From: Chlorokybus atmophyticus
Lineage: Eukaryota; Plantae; Mesostigma and Chlorokybus algae
Reading direction: 5' to 3'
NCBI GenBank assembly: GCA_009103225.1
Contig: RHPI01002438.1
Location: 1-64,000, forward strand
Length of the DNA stretch: 64,000 bases
In this document: positions 52,501 through 64,000 of the stretch, piece after piece
Layout of the letters: every line of letters starts with the position of its first letter
Numbering within the stretch: position 1 is the stretch's first letter
The notes under the pieces: model-generated
Database searches by the model: none
Seen by the model: the letters and a program-made list of their open reading frames with translations, nothing else
Told to the model about the DNA's origin: nothing
Position numbers and translations under genes: made by a program

Positions 52501-53307
52501 TGACCAAAATGCCACCGAAAGTAAAAAGTGGAGCACCTTCGTTGCTACACCTTGGCATGCATTTTCATTAATTGGCAATGCTAAAACTTTTGGATTGAAT
52601 GTACATGTGCTCAACCAAGGCAATACTTACAATTTTTGCTCATTTGTTTTTTAAATGGCGTTGGTGTGAGGAGCAAGTGAGATCTAACGATTCTTGCAAG
52701 TGGCTATTGCGGAGCACGTTGCAGGATACAAGTATATGCGTTACAAATTGCGAGACTCAATATTCCCATGCACATTTATGAACGTTTTTGGTATTGGTAA
52801 TATGCTTTGATTATTTTGATGTGTAAGTCGCATTATAACAATAAGAGCACAACAATATGGTTGTTTTATTATAACTTGTGTAAAGACGATCATATGACTT
52901 TTCAAGTGATATTTGAATTCAACTGAAATATTACATTATAATGGGATGTTTTGAACTGCTTTTGATGTTGCAGCATCCTTACCATGTTACAAGTCCATGT
53001 GGGATCTGATTAATATATAGCAGCTGCAAGGTGTTGTGACATCTTGGCCCAATGAAAATGAATTGTCATTGAAGAGCATGGCAGAACTCATGAAAAGATG
53101 TGAAGCTTCCCTTATATTTGCGCGCGTGACGCACTTGCAGATCCGTATGGAGTGCCATGCAACAAAATAAATGACCATTTGCATAACATCTAGCAGCATA
53201 ATGGTAAGACATTGCTTGGTGAGTAGGGCGCATTGCATCAAACAATAAGCAACCCAATGCAAGCCTTCTACAATAATGTTGACCTTAGCGCCAATGATGT
53301 GCTTAAC

Positions 53308-53924
53308 TAGGGATGTAGATAAATGTACACTTAAGTGTACATTTATCTCATCTGTTGGGCATTGCTATAACAATTGCAAACCCTCACATTTCAAGCTAAA
53401 ACTTTGTACACACAGTGCTAACATTGTAAGCAACTCGTGTGCCAACTTTCAGCTTGATTGGCCACTTGTGTTACAAGTTACACCTTGGTAAGCGACTAAA
53501 ATGACAAAAGTCACTTTTGTGTACAGTTATGCAAGGGCCTTCAAAGTGTCCTTACGGCTGCGTCTGTAGCAAATCCGCGGCATTTGTGAGCTCGTTTGGT
53601 AGTTCTCGTCGAGTAGAACAACTTTCATTGGTAACTTGTCACAAGATTCCTTCTTTATGAGTTATTCCTATCTGAATGAACCCGACGGGTCCTTCGACGG
53701 GTCCGATCAACAAACCCTAATCAGTGTTGGACATCAGCTTGCATAATTTTTAAGCCATTGCGACGCGGTTACTTTTCCTTGACACGTCACGCCGAGAGCT
53801 ATTCAACAATGTGTCACATGTTGCATTATCACATCACCACCGGCCAAGAAGGCCGTGCTAAGGGGAGCCATTCTACTGTACACTTAAGTGTACATGTACA
53901 CTTAAGTGTACATTTACATCCCTA
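53308..53924. mobile_element. Non-autonomous DNA transposon (hAT-like termini) nested in the retroelement
   Basis: TAGGGATGTA...TACATCCCTA terminal inverted repeats extending about 30 bp through TGTACACTTAAGTGTACA. TAGGGATG matches the start of the maize Ac TIR. The 8-bp flanks TGCTTAAC/TTGTTAAG match 5/8. Confidence 0.65.
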
Positions 53925-54967
53925 TTGTTAAGCTTGTCACATGCAATACCAAATTCGTCATTGCTCATGCTAGGTACGCTAGCTTGCTGACTCGCAGCTA
54001 GAATGACTGAGCCGTCACTCGGTGTGCCGTGCATGAGTGCATGCAATTGAAGCTTGTCACGTCTAAAATGCAAGGCATGATCACTCTTAGGCTGCTATGT
54101 TAACAGCATGATTATATGGGAGTTTAACTGCTTAAGTGGGTGCAATAACCTAACTGGTTCACTCATGCGGTCAGTCCTTAAGCTCACGAGCCTTGGGCAA
54201 CATGAACTGTACAAAGCATTGATAAGCACCTTGCACCGAGCTGGTCAGTGTGCATACGCATGCATAAGCATGCATGCCATCAGTTATTATATGTGACAAG
54301 GCGTTGATGGCTTTTGAAAGGCCATGTGGCATGTGTGGCCTGTGTGGCAAAGAGAATTATATGTGTCAGCACATGATGGGCGAAAAGGCGTTTTAACTCT
54401 CCTGTGGCCAAATGGGAAGGCAACAGGGAGAAGTATAAAAGACTAGACCAGCATGTAGGGGGTTCAATTGTATTCAGCCTGGTGCTTACTTGCTGTGTGT
54501 TTGGGGTGCTTGGCTTAACTGTTCAAGGGGGCTTCCTTACCCTCCTGTGTGAGGCGTTCTGAGTGGTTCACCTAAGGTTTTAGTGCTGTACATTGGAGTT
54601 AACGCCTGTACTAAAGAAGAGGCGCTTACCTAGGATTTAATGGTGGTTTAACCTAGTCTTACCTAGTATCGGCCTGTAAGGTCGATTTGACGAATTTTGG
54701 CACCCCGTGCGTTAATTGCAATTGTGAGTTGAGCTGGGGTGTACAAAGTGAAAACTTTGGGCAGCCATATCGTGGATCACCTCGTGGAGTCGAGCGGTTT
54801 GTCGCAGTGTAATTGTCTAGTTGTGAGGTGTGTGGAGAGCTCTTGTTTGGGCTTCATTCTTCACGTTAACCCCTTAGAACTTGACGAGACAAAATCACTA
54901 GCATTTGCCACTCTTACAGTGCATAATCTATATATTTGTGCACTTGCTAAAGGCTTTCCTTAAGCAG

Positions 54968-57900
54968 ATGGCTGACCAAGGAGGGAGAGGTGACAAGTAC
55001 TTCGCCGTTCTTAACTTTTCGTCACCATACAAACCATCGAGTGATAATAAGTAAGAGACTCGGATATGAGTGAAAGCTATAAGCTTACTGACCGTGACAA
55101 AGAGGAAACAGCCATGCAAAAGAGCGATGCTTCTCTCAACCAGTATTCTCAAGGTGGACCCAGTGGACACTGAGAGTGTCATTGGCGGGGCCATTAAAAA
55201 GTATGCTCAAGATCGTCAAGCTCTGCTTGATGCCCACCCACAGCTTTGTCAGGAAACGTGTCATGCATAGGCGCAAAAGGCTCGATGGCTATAAGACAAA
55301 CTTTGCCACACTCCCTCGCGCAAGCAAGGAGATGGTGATTCGCATGCTCGAGCAACAGTTGACAAACAACATCCCGCCACTTGTGCGTGGTGATGCCAAG
55401 GTGGCTGCTCTCATGACCGTATACGACAACCCTCTCCCTTACCAAGGGAAGCGAATGGCGTTTGAGGCTTTGGTCAACTTAATGGTGGAAACCTCACAAC
55501 GTCGCAAGGATGTGTTCTGGTACTTGGGACCTGGCTTGGAACACAAGCTGACCGGCCCAGAGAAGTTGGCGGCACGCCTTGACGCTATGCAATCTGAGTT
55601 GGTGGCGCTACGCCAGCAGGTGGCGGGTGCTACTTTAACAGCTGGTGCATCAGCGGGGCTGCCGGTTACAGCAATGAACAAGCCTAAGAAGTTCAAGCCC
55701 AATGGCAGTGTCAGCATCCATGACTGGGTGCTCACTGTTGAGCACTACTCGATAGCACTGACGCGCCCAGTTGGTGAGCACATTGCTGTTGCTCATCTGA
55801 CGCTCTCGCCGAGTGGGCGAGGCAGACAGAGGATAGTGCGGCGAAAACAGTGGAGGCACTACTCCAGTTCTTTGTGGAGCGCTATAGTGGCATGGACTCG
55901 GCTATTCAGGCTCGCAACAAGCTCAGCAAGTTGCGACAGATTGGTCGGGCGGCTTCGGTTTATGCAAGAGTTTTGCAAGCATTGGTGGGTCGCGCAAACA
56001 ATGGCTCATGCCCATGGACCAGGCTGAGCAGTTCGAGTTGTTCAAGCGATGCTTGGATGTGCGTGTGCGCGATCAGCTGCAGTACAACACGTCAACGGGA
56101 CTTCCTTGGGTTCCAGAGGACTTGACCATGCTGCAGAAGCTGAGTGTGTATTTGTACAACGATGACACTGCGGTGCAAGACAAGTCACATGTGGCAGCTG
56201 CGGCCAAGCCGCAGGAGGTGGGAGGAAAGTGTTACCCTCAGCTAAGTGCGCACGCGGCAAAGAAGGCAAAGTTATTCATGCCTCTCACTGGTGGCACATC
56301 TGTCGGTGGTGCTACACCTGCTGCAGCTCGCACATGTTACGTCTGTCATCAGCCGGGCCACATTGCAAAGAACTGCCCTACTGAGGCGAAGGGCAAGGCC
56401 AAGAAGGTTGAACAGGATTTTGCCGTGACTGGTGTAGAGATGGTTGATAGCTAGTTGCTTGAAATGCATGCAGCAAAGAGGTTTGATGATGTGTCCCAAG
56501 TGCATGTAATGATACATGCATGGCAAGCACATGACAAGTTGCCACTTTGTAATGTTGAAAAGGTGGAAAAGAACGCTTGTGTGCTGCTACATGTTGAATT
56601 CAACATGCTTACCGATGTGTTGCATGCATTGAATGAGTTGCAAAAGAAGCACAACACTTTGAGTATGGTGGTGCCAAAATATTATGGCTTATGGTTAAAG
56701 CATACTCGGGGGGGTATTGTGCTGAAGCAACTTAGCAAGTGTGCACATGGACAGTGCGATCGTCGGCAATATTGATCAACCCTCGCAGTAGTCGCGGACT
56801 CTAGGCCACATTTCAAAGACGGGTGGTACTCCCGTTGGGGACATTCAGTGGCACAATGCAGGGTGTAAACAGTTTGTTCTTAATTGACACTGGTGCAACA
56901 CACAACTTTGTAAAGGAATCATGGGTTGTGCGCAACAAAATAGCGTGTCAACCCTCAGCATTTCAGCTGCCGCTGCGGGGGGTGGGTTACCAGTATAGGG
57001 AGATAAATGAAATGAACGTAAAAATTGGTAGTTATCATGCCACTCTTCCTTTCATAGTAGTATTCATTAACATATCAGGTGTTGATGCGGTATTTAAACA
57101 GAATGGCAGGAAAATGACATTAGATACTAGCGCACGCCTGTGCACAGTAAAAAATAGGTCGTAAGCGTGTAACATTGTCTGTGAAAGGGTCACATAGCTT
57201 GGAGCACAAGCAGCCCGACCCTGCGCTACTCACTGCACTGCAAGTGAAACATGGGTTGCATAAAAACACACTGGCTTTTTTGGTCCACTTGACATCGGAC
57301 GACTTTGTGCCGGCCAGTATAGACGGTGTTGCAGACATCACTAAGCAGTACCAAGATGTGTTCTCAGATAAGTTGCCAGGTTTACCTCCTGATCGAGGTG
57401 TCGGACACACAATACCACTCTTTCCTACTAGTGAGCCTCCGTTTCGGCCTATATATAGGCTGAGCCCCCGCGAGAGCGAAGAAATGGCAACTTAGATATA
57501 GAATTATTGAAAAAGGGATTGACTGAACCAAGTTCTTCACCCTTTGGCGCGCCCATCTGATTTGTGCTATAACAAATGGAAAGCTGCGCATGTATGTGGA
57601 TTACCGTGCCTTGAACAAGATCATGGTAAAGCATCGATACCTGTTACCACGGATTGATAATGTGTTTAATAAACTGTGTGTGGGGAAATGCGTACTTCAG
57701 CTGGACTTGACAAGTGGGTATCATCAAATCCGGATTCATCCTTCTGATGTATACAAGCCAGCATTCGGAACACCTTCAAGCCATTACCAGTTCCAAGTGT
57801 TACATTTTGGACTAACTAATGCACCCGAAGTGTTTCAAAAGGAAATGAATAAGGTTTTGATGGCATACTTGGCAAGTATGTTATGGTTTCCTCGGATGAC

Positions 57901-60084
57901 ATCATTATCTTTAGTGAAAACAAGAAAGAGCATAAGCAGCACTTAGAAGCGGTGTTTGCCTTACTGCGTACACATCGCTTGTTTGCCAATCTTGGGGCAC
58001 ATTGTGAGCGGTGCGGGTGTTACACCTGACTTTCGCAAGGTGCAAGTTGTAAGAGATTGACCTCAGCCCAAGAATGTACATCCCTTGCGATCATTCTTGG
58101 GATTGGCAAAATACTTTTACAAGTTAGTAATGGGGTGTTCTATGGTTGTGGTGCGCTTGATCAAACTGTTGCGAATAGACGCTCCATTCTTGTGGACAAC
58201 TGACCAAGAAGTTGCTATGCGACAGGTGAAGCTAGCTTTGACTGTGGCTTTAGTGTTAGCATTGCCGAACTGCAACAAGCACTTTACTGTGGTTAGCAAT
58301 GCCTCCACCCTTGGGTGTGGTGCAGTACTGTTGCAAGATGGCAGACCATGTGCTTGTAAGAGAAAGTTCAAACCAAAGGAGGTGAACTACACTACCAGTG
58401 AACAAGAGTTGCTTGGCATAATACATGCTCTGAAAACATGGCGATGTTATTTGGAGGGGGTTCAGTTCACAGTGGTGACTGATCATAATCTATTGATGTA
58501 CTTCTCGACACAGCAAATATTGTCACGTAGACAAGCTCTGGAATGAGTTTCTGTTCCAGTTTACTTTTGAGTGGGTATGCCGGCCAGGCAAAAGCAATGT
58601 TGCTGAGGCTCTGAGTCACTGCCCGTTATTGTTGGCAGTTATGCATGCGCAATGCCTTGCGACGCGCGGTACATTGTCTTCAATTAATGAATTTGTGCAA
58701 GCTGTTGTGCAAGGGTATGCTTGGAACCCGTGGTTCTCTTCAAAAGAGAACGTGCAAAAGCTTAACAAACGAGACAACTTGTATTACGTGGGCACCAGCT
58801 TGATAATACATAACCATGCCATGTTGCGTGCGAAATGCATAGCTGATGTACACGATCCACGGTACGCTTGGCACTTTGAAAGTCGCAAGACTGCTAAGGC
58901 AACGCAACAGCTGTATTGGTGGCCATCGTTGCCTGTTTACGTAAAGCATTATGCGGACACGTGTGACAGATGTCAGCGTGACAAGCCGTTATTTCAGAAA
59001 CCCGCTGGGTTGCTGCGACCATTGCCTATTTTTTATGGCAAATGGGAAAGTGTGACTATAGACCTGATTACTGAGCTCCCAAAGACAGCATTCGGTCACA
59101 CCGCGGTTGCGATTTTTTTGGACCGTTTAACGAAAATAGTTCACATTATCCCTTGTCGCACGGAGATAGGCTCTCGTGAGTTAGCAATGGTTTTGGTTGC
59201 GTCTGTGTTTAAGTTGCATGGCTTGCCCCGCAGCTTTTAATTCAATCGCGATCCGCAATTTGTGGTTTAGTTCTGAAGGTCGCTATGCAGCTTTTTACAG
59301 ATTAAGTAGAACTTGAGCACAGCTTATCATCCGTGGACGGATGGTCAGACAGACGGCGCCAATCCAGTGATTGAGGAAACCATCTGGCATTATGTGAGTC
59401 CGAACTAGAGTGATTGGGATGTCAATCTTTCAATGGCTTAATTCGCGATCAATAATGCATGGCAAGAGAGTGTGCAGGAAACTCCGTTTTTAAAGTATGG
59501 AGTGCATCCACTAAGTCCTGCAAATTCAAGTTGCCCGCTACTGATGTAACTTGTGCACCTGCACCGCGAGATGGCTTCGACTATGCAGGATAGGTTAGCA
59601 TTAGCAAAAGACTGTCTACGCGCAGCGCAAGACAGACAAAAAGCCCAAGCTGCTGCGCGTGGAGAGGCCAACTACGATGTGGGCTGTTCAATGCTCTTAA
59701 GTACAACAAAAACATATCCATCAAGGGAGTGGGTACCCGCAAGTTTTTCCATCGTTGGATAGGCCCTTTCAAGTAATTGACCGGGTCGGCACTCACATAT
59801 ATCGTATAAACTTATCGAAGTCGATACGTATTCACAATGTGTTTCATGTGAGTGTACTGAAATCGTACCGTGCTGACGGTCGGGTTCAACCTCCTCCACC
59901 CCCCGCTGCAATGGATGGCGAAACTTTTGAGTATGAGATGGAAGCAATCCTGAGTCACCGTAAGCCTCGACGCGGATGCGCGCCGTCTTACTTTGTGAAA
60001 TGGAAAGGGTATGGTGTTGAGCACAACACGTCGGAGCCCAAAAGGAATCTTACCAATTGCCAAGAGATTCTTCGGGGGTACTAG
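54968..60084 (+). pseudogene. Disrupted gag-pol of the chromovirus
   Basis: Zinc knuckle CYVCHQPGHIAKNC, protease LIDTGATHNF, RT MYVDYRALNK/LDLTSGYHQIR/FGLTNAP, RNase H EQELLGIIHALKTWRCYL, integrase CDRCQRDK/WESVTIDLIT/STAYHPWTDGQT, chromodomain YEMEAILSHR...YFVKWKGYGVEHNTSEP. Many stops and frameshifts. Confidence 0.93.
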
Positions 60085-60615
60085 AGTGCTGTGACCACAC
60101 GCGGATGGTAAAAGAGTGCTGGTAGACATCTTACCGCTTCGGCCCTAGTTCATCCACTTATTTGATTCTTAGTGCTCATGGTGGGGCTTTGCTAACCCTT
60201 CACTGGGGACATTCAAAACTAAGTGGGGGGGAATGTAACAGAGTGCTACCTCTATAGAGGTTCCCCGCCCTTATTTAGGATTATATAAGGGTCACAACGG
60301 GTATTTACAGCCAATCAAGCCGTAATAGGGCTGTTGACCTTGTGTTAAGGCCCTAATGTAGTGTTAAGGCCCAAATGCAGTGTTACTTATCTATAACGCT
60401 GATGTCGATATGAGACATGAGTCTGGTGTCGACATCAGCTGCATGGCGGCACTGCTAATGCAGTGGTCGCCATAGCTTGGGGATCTTCTGCTCCGGCAGT
60501 GGCCCCTAGCGGCGGCAGTGTTGGCGATGTGGCTGGTGGCGGTGTTGGGGTAGGGGATTTGAGGGGGCGGTAGCACCCCTCCTTACACCCGCTATTTCAA
60601 TTTAAAAGCACAGCT

Positions 60616-60839
60616 GACAACGACGACGCTGTGGGCATCACAGCCACCCGTGCGGGACGGGGTGTTGCCTCCTTAGGCCTCACAAACATGCCCAGAGGCG
60701 TCGAGAAGGTGTTTACGCTATGGGGTTGGCTGGAGGCCCGCTCCCTCCTATGGCTACGCGTTGCGGCAGAGCAGCCGTTGCCCTATTTGACAAAGAGTGC
60801 GTCTTGGGCCGAACACTTACTGCGCCGGTGGTGGCCTTC
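60616..60839 (+). repeat. Diverged copy of the about 225-bp unit found at 49629-49853
   Basis: GACGACGCTGTGGGC...ACCCGTGCGGGACGG...TGCGCCGGTGGTGGCCTTC shared with the unit left of the 5' LTR. Confidence 0.85.
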
Positions 60840-61919
60840 TAGAAGGTGTTGCTCAAGGGGAAAGGTTAGCATACTTAACTCTGCCTTTACGTTGAAACTA
60901 TATATTTTTTAGGGTATGCTGCTAATTTCAGCTAGCACTATTGCGCTTGTGACGGCTGTTTAGAGTCATGCATAAAGCGTTGTACGTCTTACTTGCATGT
61001 ATAAAGCAAGGGACTGCCTTATGGTTTCCATGCTTGACAATACAGTAATTGCTGCTGTACAACGAGAGCGTAGAGCAGTAGTTGCACCGGCAAGCGCGGT
61101 CCATGTCACAGATTGGCTTGCGGCTGAAGCGTTGCGTAGTTTACGACAATTGGTTCAGCAATACACTAGTGTGTTGGCTATCAAGTTTCAGCAAGCGACA
61201 TGCATTGTCGGTTATTTTACAAGTATGGGTGTGTTTAGCTGCTAGAGGTGAGTGCTAGTGTGTGCAAGTTTATATTACATTCAGGCTGGTGCTCTTGCAG
61301 TCGGCTTTGCCATCAATACCTTGTGTGAATGTCTCCGCACAAGTGGAACATATATTAATGGCTGAAGGTTGGGAAAAGATGCACCTGTCAAGCTGCACGA
61401 TGGCGACAAGTGTGTGTGTGTGTGTGTGTGTGTGTACCTCAATAGGTGAACTAGAGCAATGAATCCCAAACCCATTACATTCATAGAACATGTTAGCGCT
61501 TGCAGAGTTGTTTGCTGCAACAAGTGCATTGCATTGTGTTAATGTGTGAGAATGCTTTCATAGTTTGCATTTGATCGTTGCAGTTGATATGCTAGTGTTC
61601 CGCACAAGGCATCCAGCACATGAGACCAGCAAGCGAAGCAAGTCACGGATTTGCGCATCTTGTTCTCAACCCTTGCTTCCGTGTGAGCTGCAGCTTGGCG
61701 TGCGCAATGTGCGTGATATGCGCACTTGCTCAACATACTCATTATGCTTTGCAATAGAAGACACTGCAATGGAACCAAGTAAGCGCATTGCTGGCGACAA
61801 TGGCATATCTCACTCTCATCCTTGTGTAATGTGACGGAGCTAAAGGAGGCGAGTGAGGTGCTGACTGTGTCATGTGCGCGTCGATTGACATTGCGGTCCT
61901 TGTGTTGTGTTGTCTTGTG

Positions 61920-63900
61920 TTCAGTGCATGTTACCATGGCAGGATTGGCAAAAACAGCTGCAGCAGAAGACATGCTAGCCTTGCGTTTGCAGAGGCAGCA
62001 GCTAATGCTGCCTCACAGCAGCATGCGCAGGTAGTTAGCGGTTTACATGTCACGCCTTTAAGTCAGTCAAAAGTTATTCTCTGTCCCTTACTTATGTAAG
62101 TAAGAAGATACTCAGTGGAGTTCCCCTACTCATGAGCATGTGTAGTGCTTGTGAGGTGTGCTTTCATGTAGGTCTACTCTTGTGCCTATATGGCCCTTAG
62201 TGTGATGAACTACACAAGGCATTGTTGAGGGCTAGCATAGTGTTGGTCAATGCCTAAGGCCTTTGGCACAAACCTATGAGTTGCCACAAGATGTGACAGC
62301 TCCAAGAGAGAAAGGCATGTTGGCAAACCACAGGGTCAAACTGAGGTAGTGCGATTTGCCACTGTGGTGACAGTGGCAAGGCTAAGTGATGCCTATAGGC
62401 AATTTGCAAGTACAATTGTACTATCAGAGCCTATGCTTGTCATTCCGAGGTGGGATTGTTCCTCTTATGGAAAATCAAGGAAATTTGACAATCTCGAGGT
62501 TGATGTCCTGTGTTGGACAAGGTCGGCTTGTGCTGATAGGTCAGCACACTGTGATAAGGCCTTCGGCCTTGGACATCCTGTGTGCTAGGTCGGGAGAGCA
62601 GCAAGTGGTATAAAGGCTTGATAGCCACCTTCAGTAGGGATCAGAGTGTGTTCACCACTTGAGGGCCACTTGTGTGTGGGGTGCCTGGTTGTGGCTGTTG
62701 AAGGGGCTCTCCCCCTCATCTCTTGTGTGGTGTGGTCTTGTGTGCGTGCATGTGTGGGTGTTGAGCGTGGGTGTGCCTGGGGCTGGAGCTGTGCGAGAGG
62801 CTGGTGGTCATCCTCTCCTCCGTTGGTGCGCTGCTGCAACTTTCACTACACCGTGGTGCTGGTGAGACTTCGGCTGTAAGTCTTTAGTGCTTGTGCATAA
62901 GTTTGCCAAGCCCCGACCAGCAAGTAAATAGTGGTATCATTACAATACCGTTGCAGTCTGCAACGGCGCATGCTGCTAACAACCTGTCTGCCTTTGTGAA
63001 GTTGAAAGCAGCTGTTGCTTGCAACAAGAACTATTGAAACGATGGATGGAACGAGAACAGCAGGCTGTTGAGGTGAGGGGTTAAATCTATGTATAGCGCG
63101 GCGTGTGTATGCATTGTTGGATAGCTTCAACAGCACTTAGCTGGGCCCAAATGGGTGGCCCGAGACGGTGGCTTGAATTTGCGGACATCGCCCATTTATA
63201 ATGATGCGCACGCCATGTCAATAGTCTGAGTGGCGCGATGATGGGCAAGGCTGATCAACAATGTCACACAATTCACATGTGTCATGTTGAGTGCGCGTTG
63301 AGTGAGTGTTCATCTGTTTTCACACTTCGTGCTCATGCTCCTTGATTTATAATGAATGCAGTTGTACAGCGCTCAACATCAGCATGTCCTCATTAACAGG
63401 CACAAGGGGAACTGGAGGTTTCAGAATTGGTTTTGGTTTTCAAGAAAGCCGCCATGCTAGTGGCCAGCGACATGGACGCAGTGCGACAGCGCCTAGCATG
63501 TGCATTCAAGGCTTGTCAAGAAGCCGAGGATCGTGTTGGCATGTCTGAGTTGTTGTCTCCGTGTGTCTCGGTTACATACACACACACTCACACGGTTACA
63601 TGGTATAACTTACATGCACGCGTCAGGTTGCGTGACCAGCATGCCGCTTTGGAAAAAAGCCTAACAGAAGTAACCGCCAAGCTAGACAATCAACGAGTTG
63701 AAGCTACAGCTGCCTTGTCTGTGTAGCGTCCTGAGAATGGCAGGTAGGGTAGCGATCTTGATGGTCACGTTTGCAAATAAGCACATCACCAACCTGACTC
63801 ACAAGCAACGCTTGCAAATCTTGCAGCACAAGCAAAAACCGACTTTAGAATGCATAAGGATTATGAGGCAACCACAACTGCAAATGTTATGGTAAAGGCG
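61920..63900 (+). pseudogene. Possible decayed intron-containing coiled-coil gene
   Basis: Short exon-like frames with splice-like ends (SDMDAVRQRLACAFKACQEAEDR; LRDQHAALEKSLTEVTAKLDNQRVE) interrupted by stops; no family recognised. Confidence 0.2.
62292..62944 (+). mobile_element. Possible solo LTR of a second family
   Basis: Starts TGTGACA and ends ACA, with a TATA-like GTATAAAG. Shares TGTGTG..GGGGTGC.TGG...CTGTT.AAGGGG and TTTAGTGC motifs with 54292-54590. No TSD found. Confidence 0.35.
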
Positions 63901-64000
63901 ACCATGTCAGTGCGGGTTATTATTACAGTTTACCTGAATGTGCTTAGCTCGCAATGTAATGGCAGGCGGCTCCGCAAGCAATCAAGTGTTCATTTTGTAG

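Larger units (their letters stand above)
49906..60587 (+). mobile_element. Decayed Ty3/gypsy chromovirus LTR retrotransposon (composite, with nested inserts)
   Basis: Related LTRs at 49906-50238 and 60234-60587 (TGTAAC...TTACA, extended imperfect terminal inverted repeats, roughly 80% identical by eye). PBS-like TAAGTATTGGAGC, PPT AAGTGGGGGGGAA, and a gag-pol remnant in PR-RT-RH-IN-chromodomain order. No TSD (TCACC vs CCCGC). Confidence 0.88.

Overview
Intron-rich eukaryotic nuclear DNA, most consistent with a flagellated chlorophyte green alga. This is an inference from the short exons, GT-AG introns full of CA/GT/GA microsatellites, flagellar-type genes and Chlamydomonas-like retroelements. 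It is a draft scaffold with N gaps, single-N joins and two long homopolymer runs that are probably artefacts. The central 6.5-49.3 kb is gene-dense and mostly arranged as divergent pairs: SHW1-like/SAS10, a BELL-type TALE homeobox gene, CML21/22-like/AXDND1-like, two tandem MIF genes with a PGAP1-like hydrolase, UCHL5/HSCB, MORN3-like/EMC2, and MOCS2B/tRNA-Asn. Both ends are repeat-rich. The right end holds a decayed chromodomain Ty3/gypsy element with nested insertions. The most interesting item is at the left end: two miniature LTR retroelements (TRIMs, 478 and 541 bp) with PBS, PPT and one near-perfect TSD. They carry a tRNA-type RNA polymerase III promoter split across the LTR boundary, with box A in the LTR and box B beyond the PBS, plus an LTR hairpin showing compensatory base changes. 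All gene models and alignments were made by eye; exon boundaries, 5' ends and identities are approximate.
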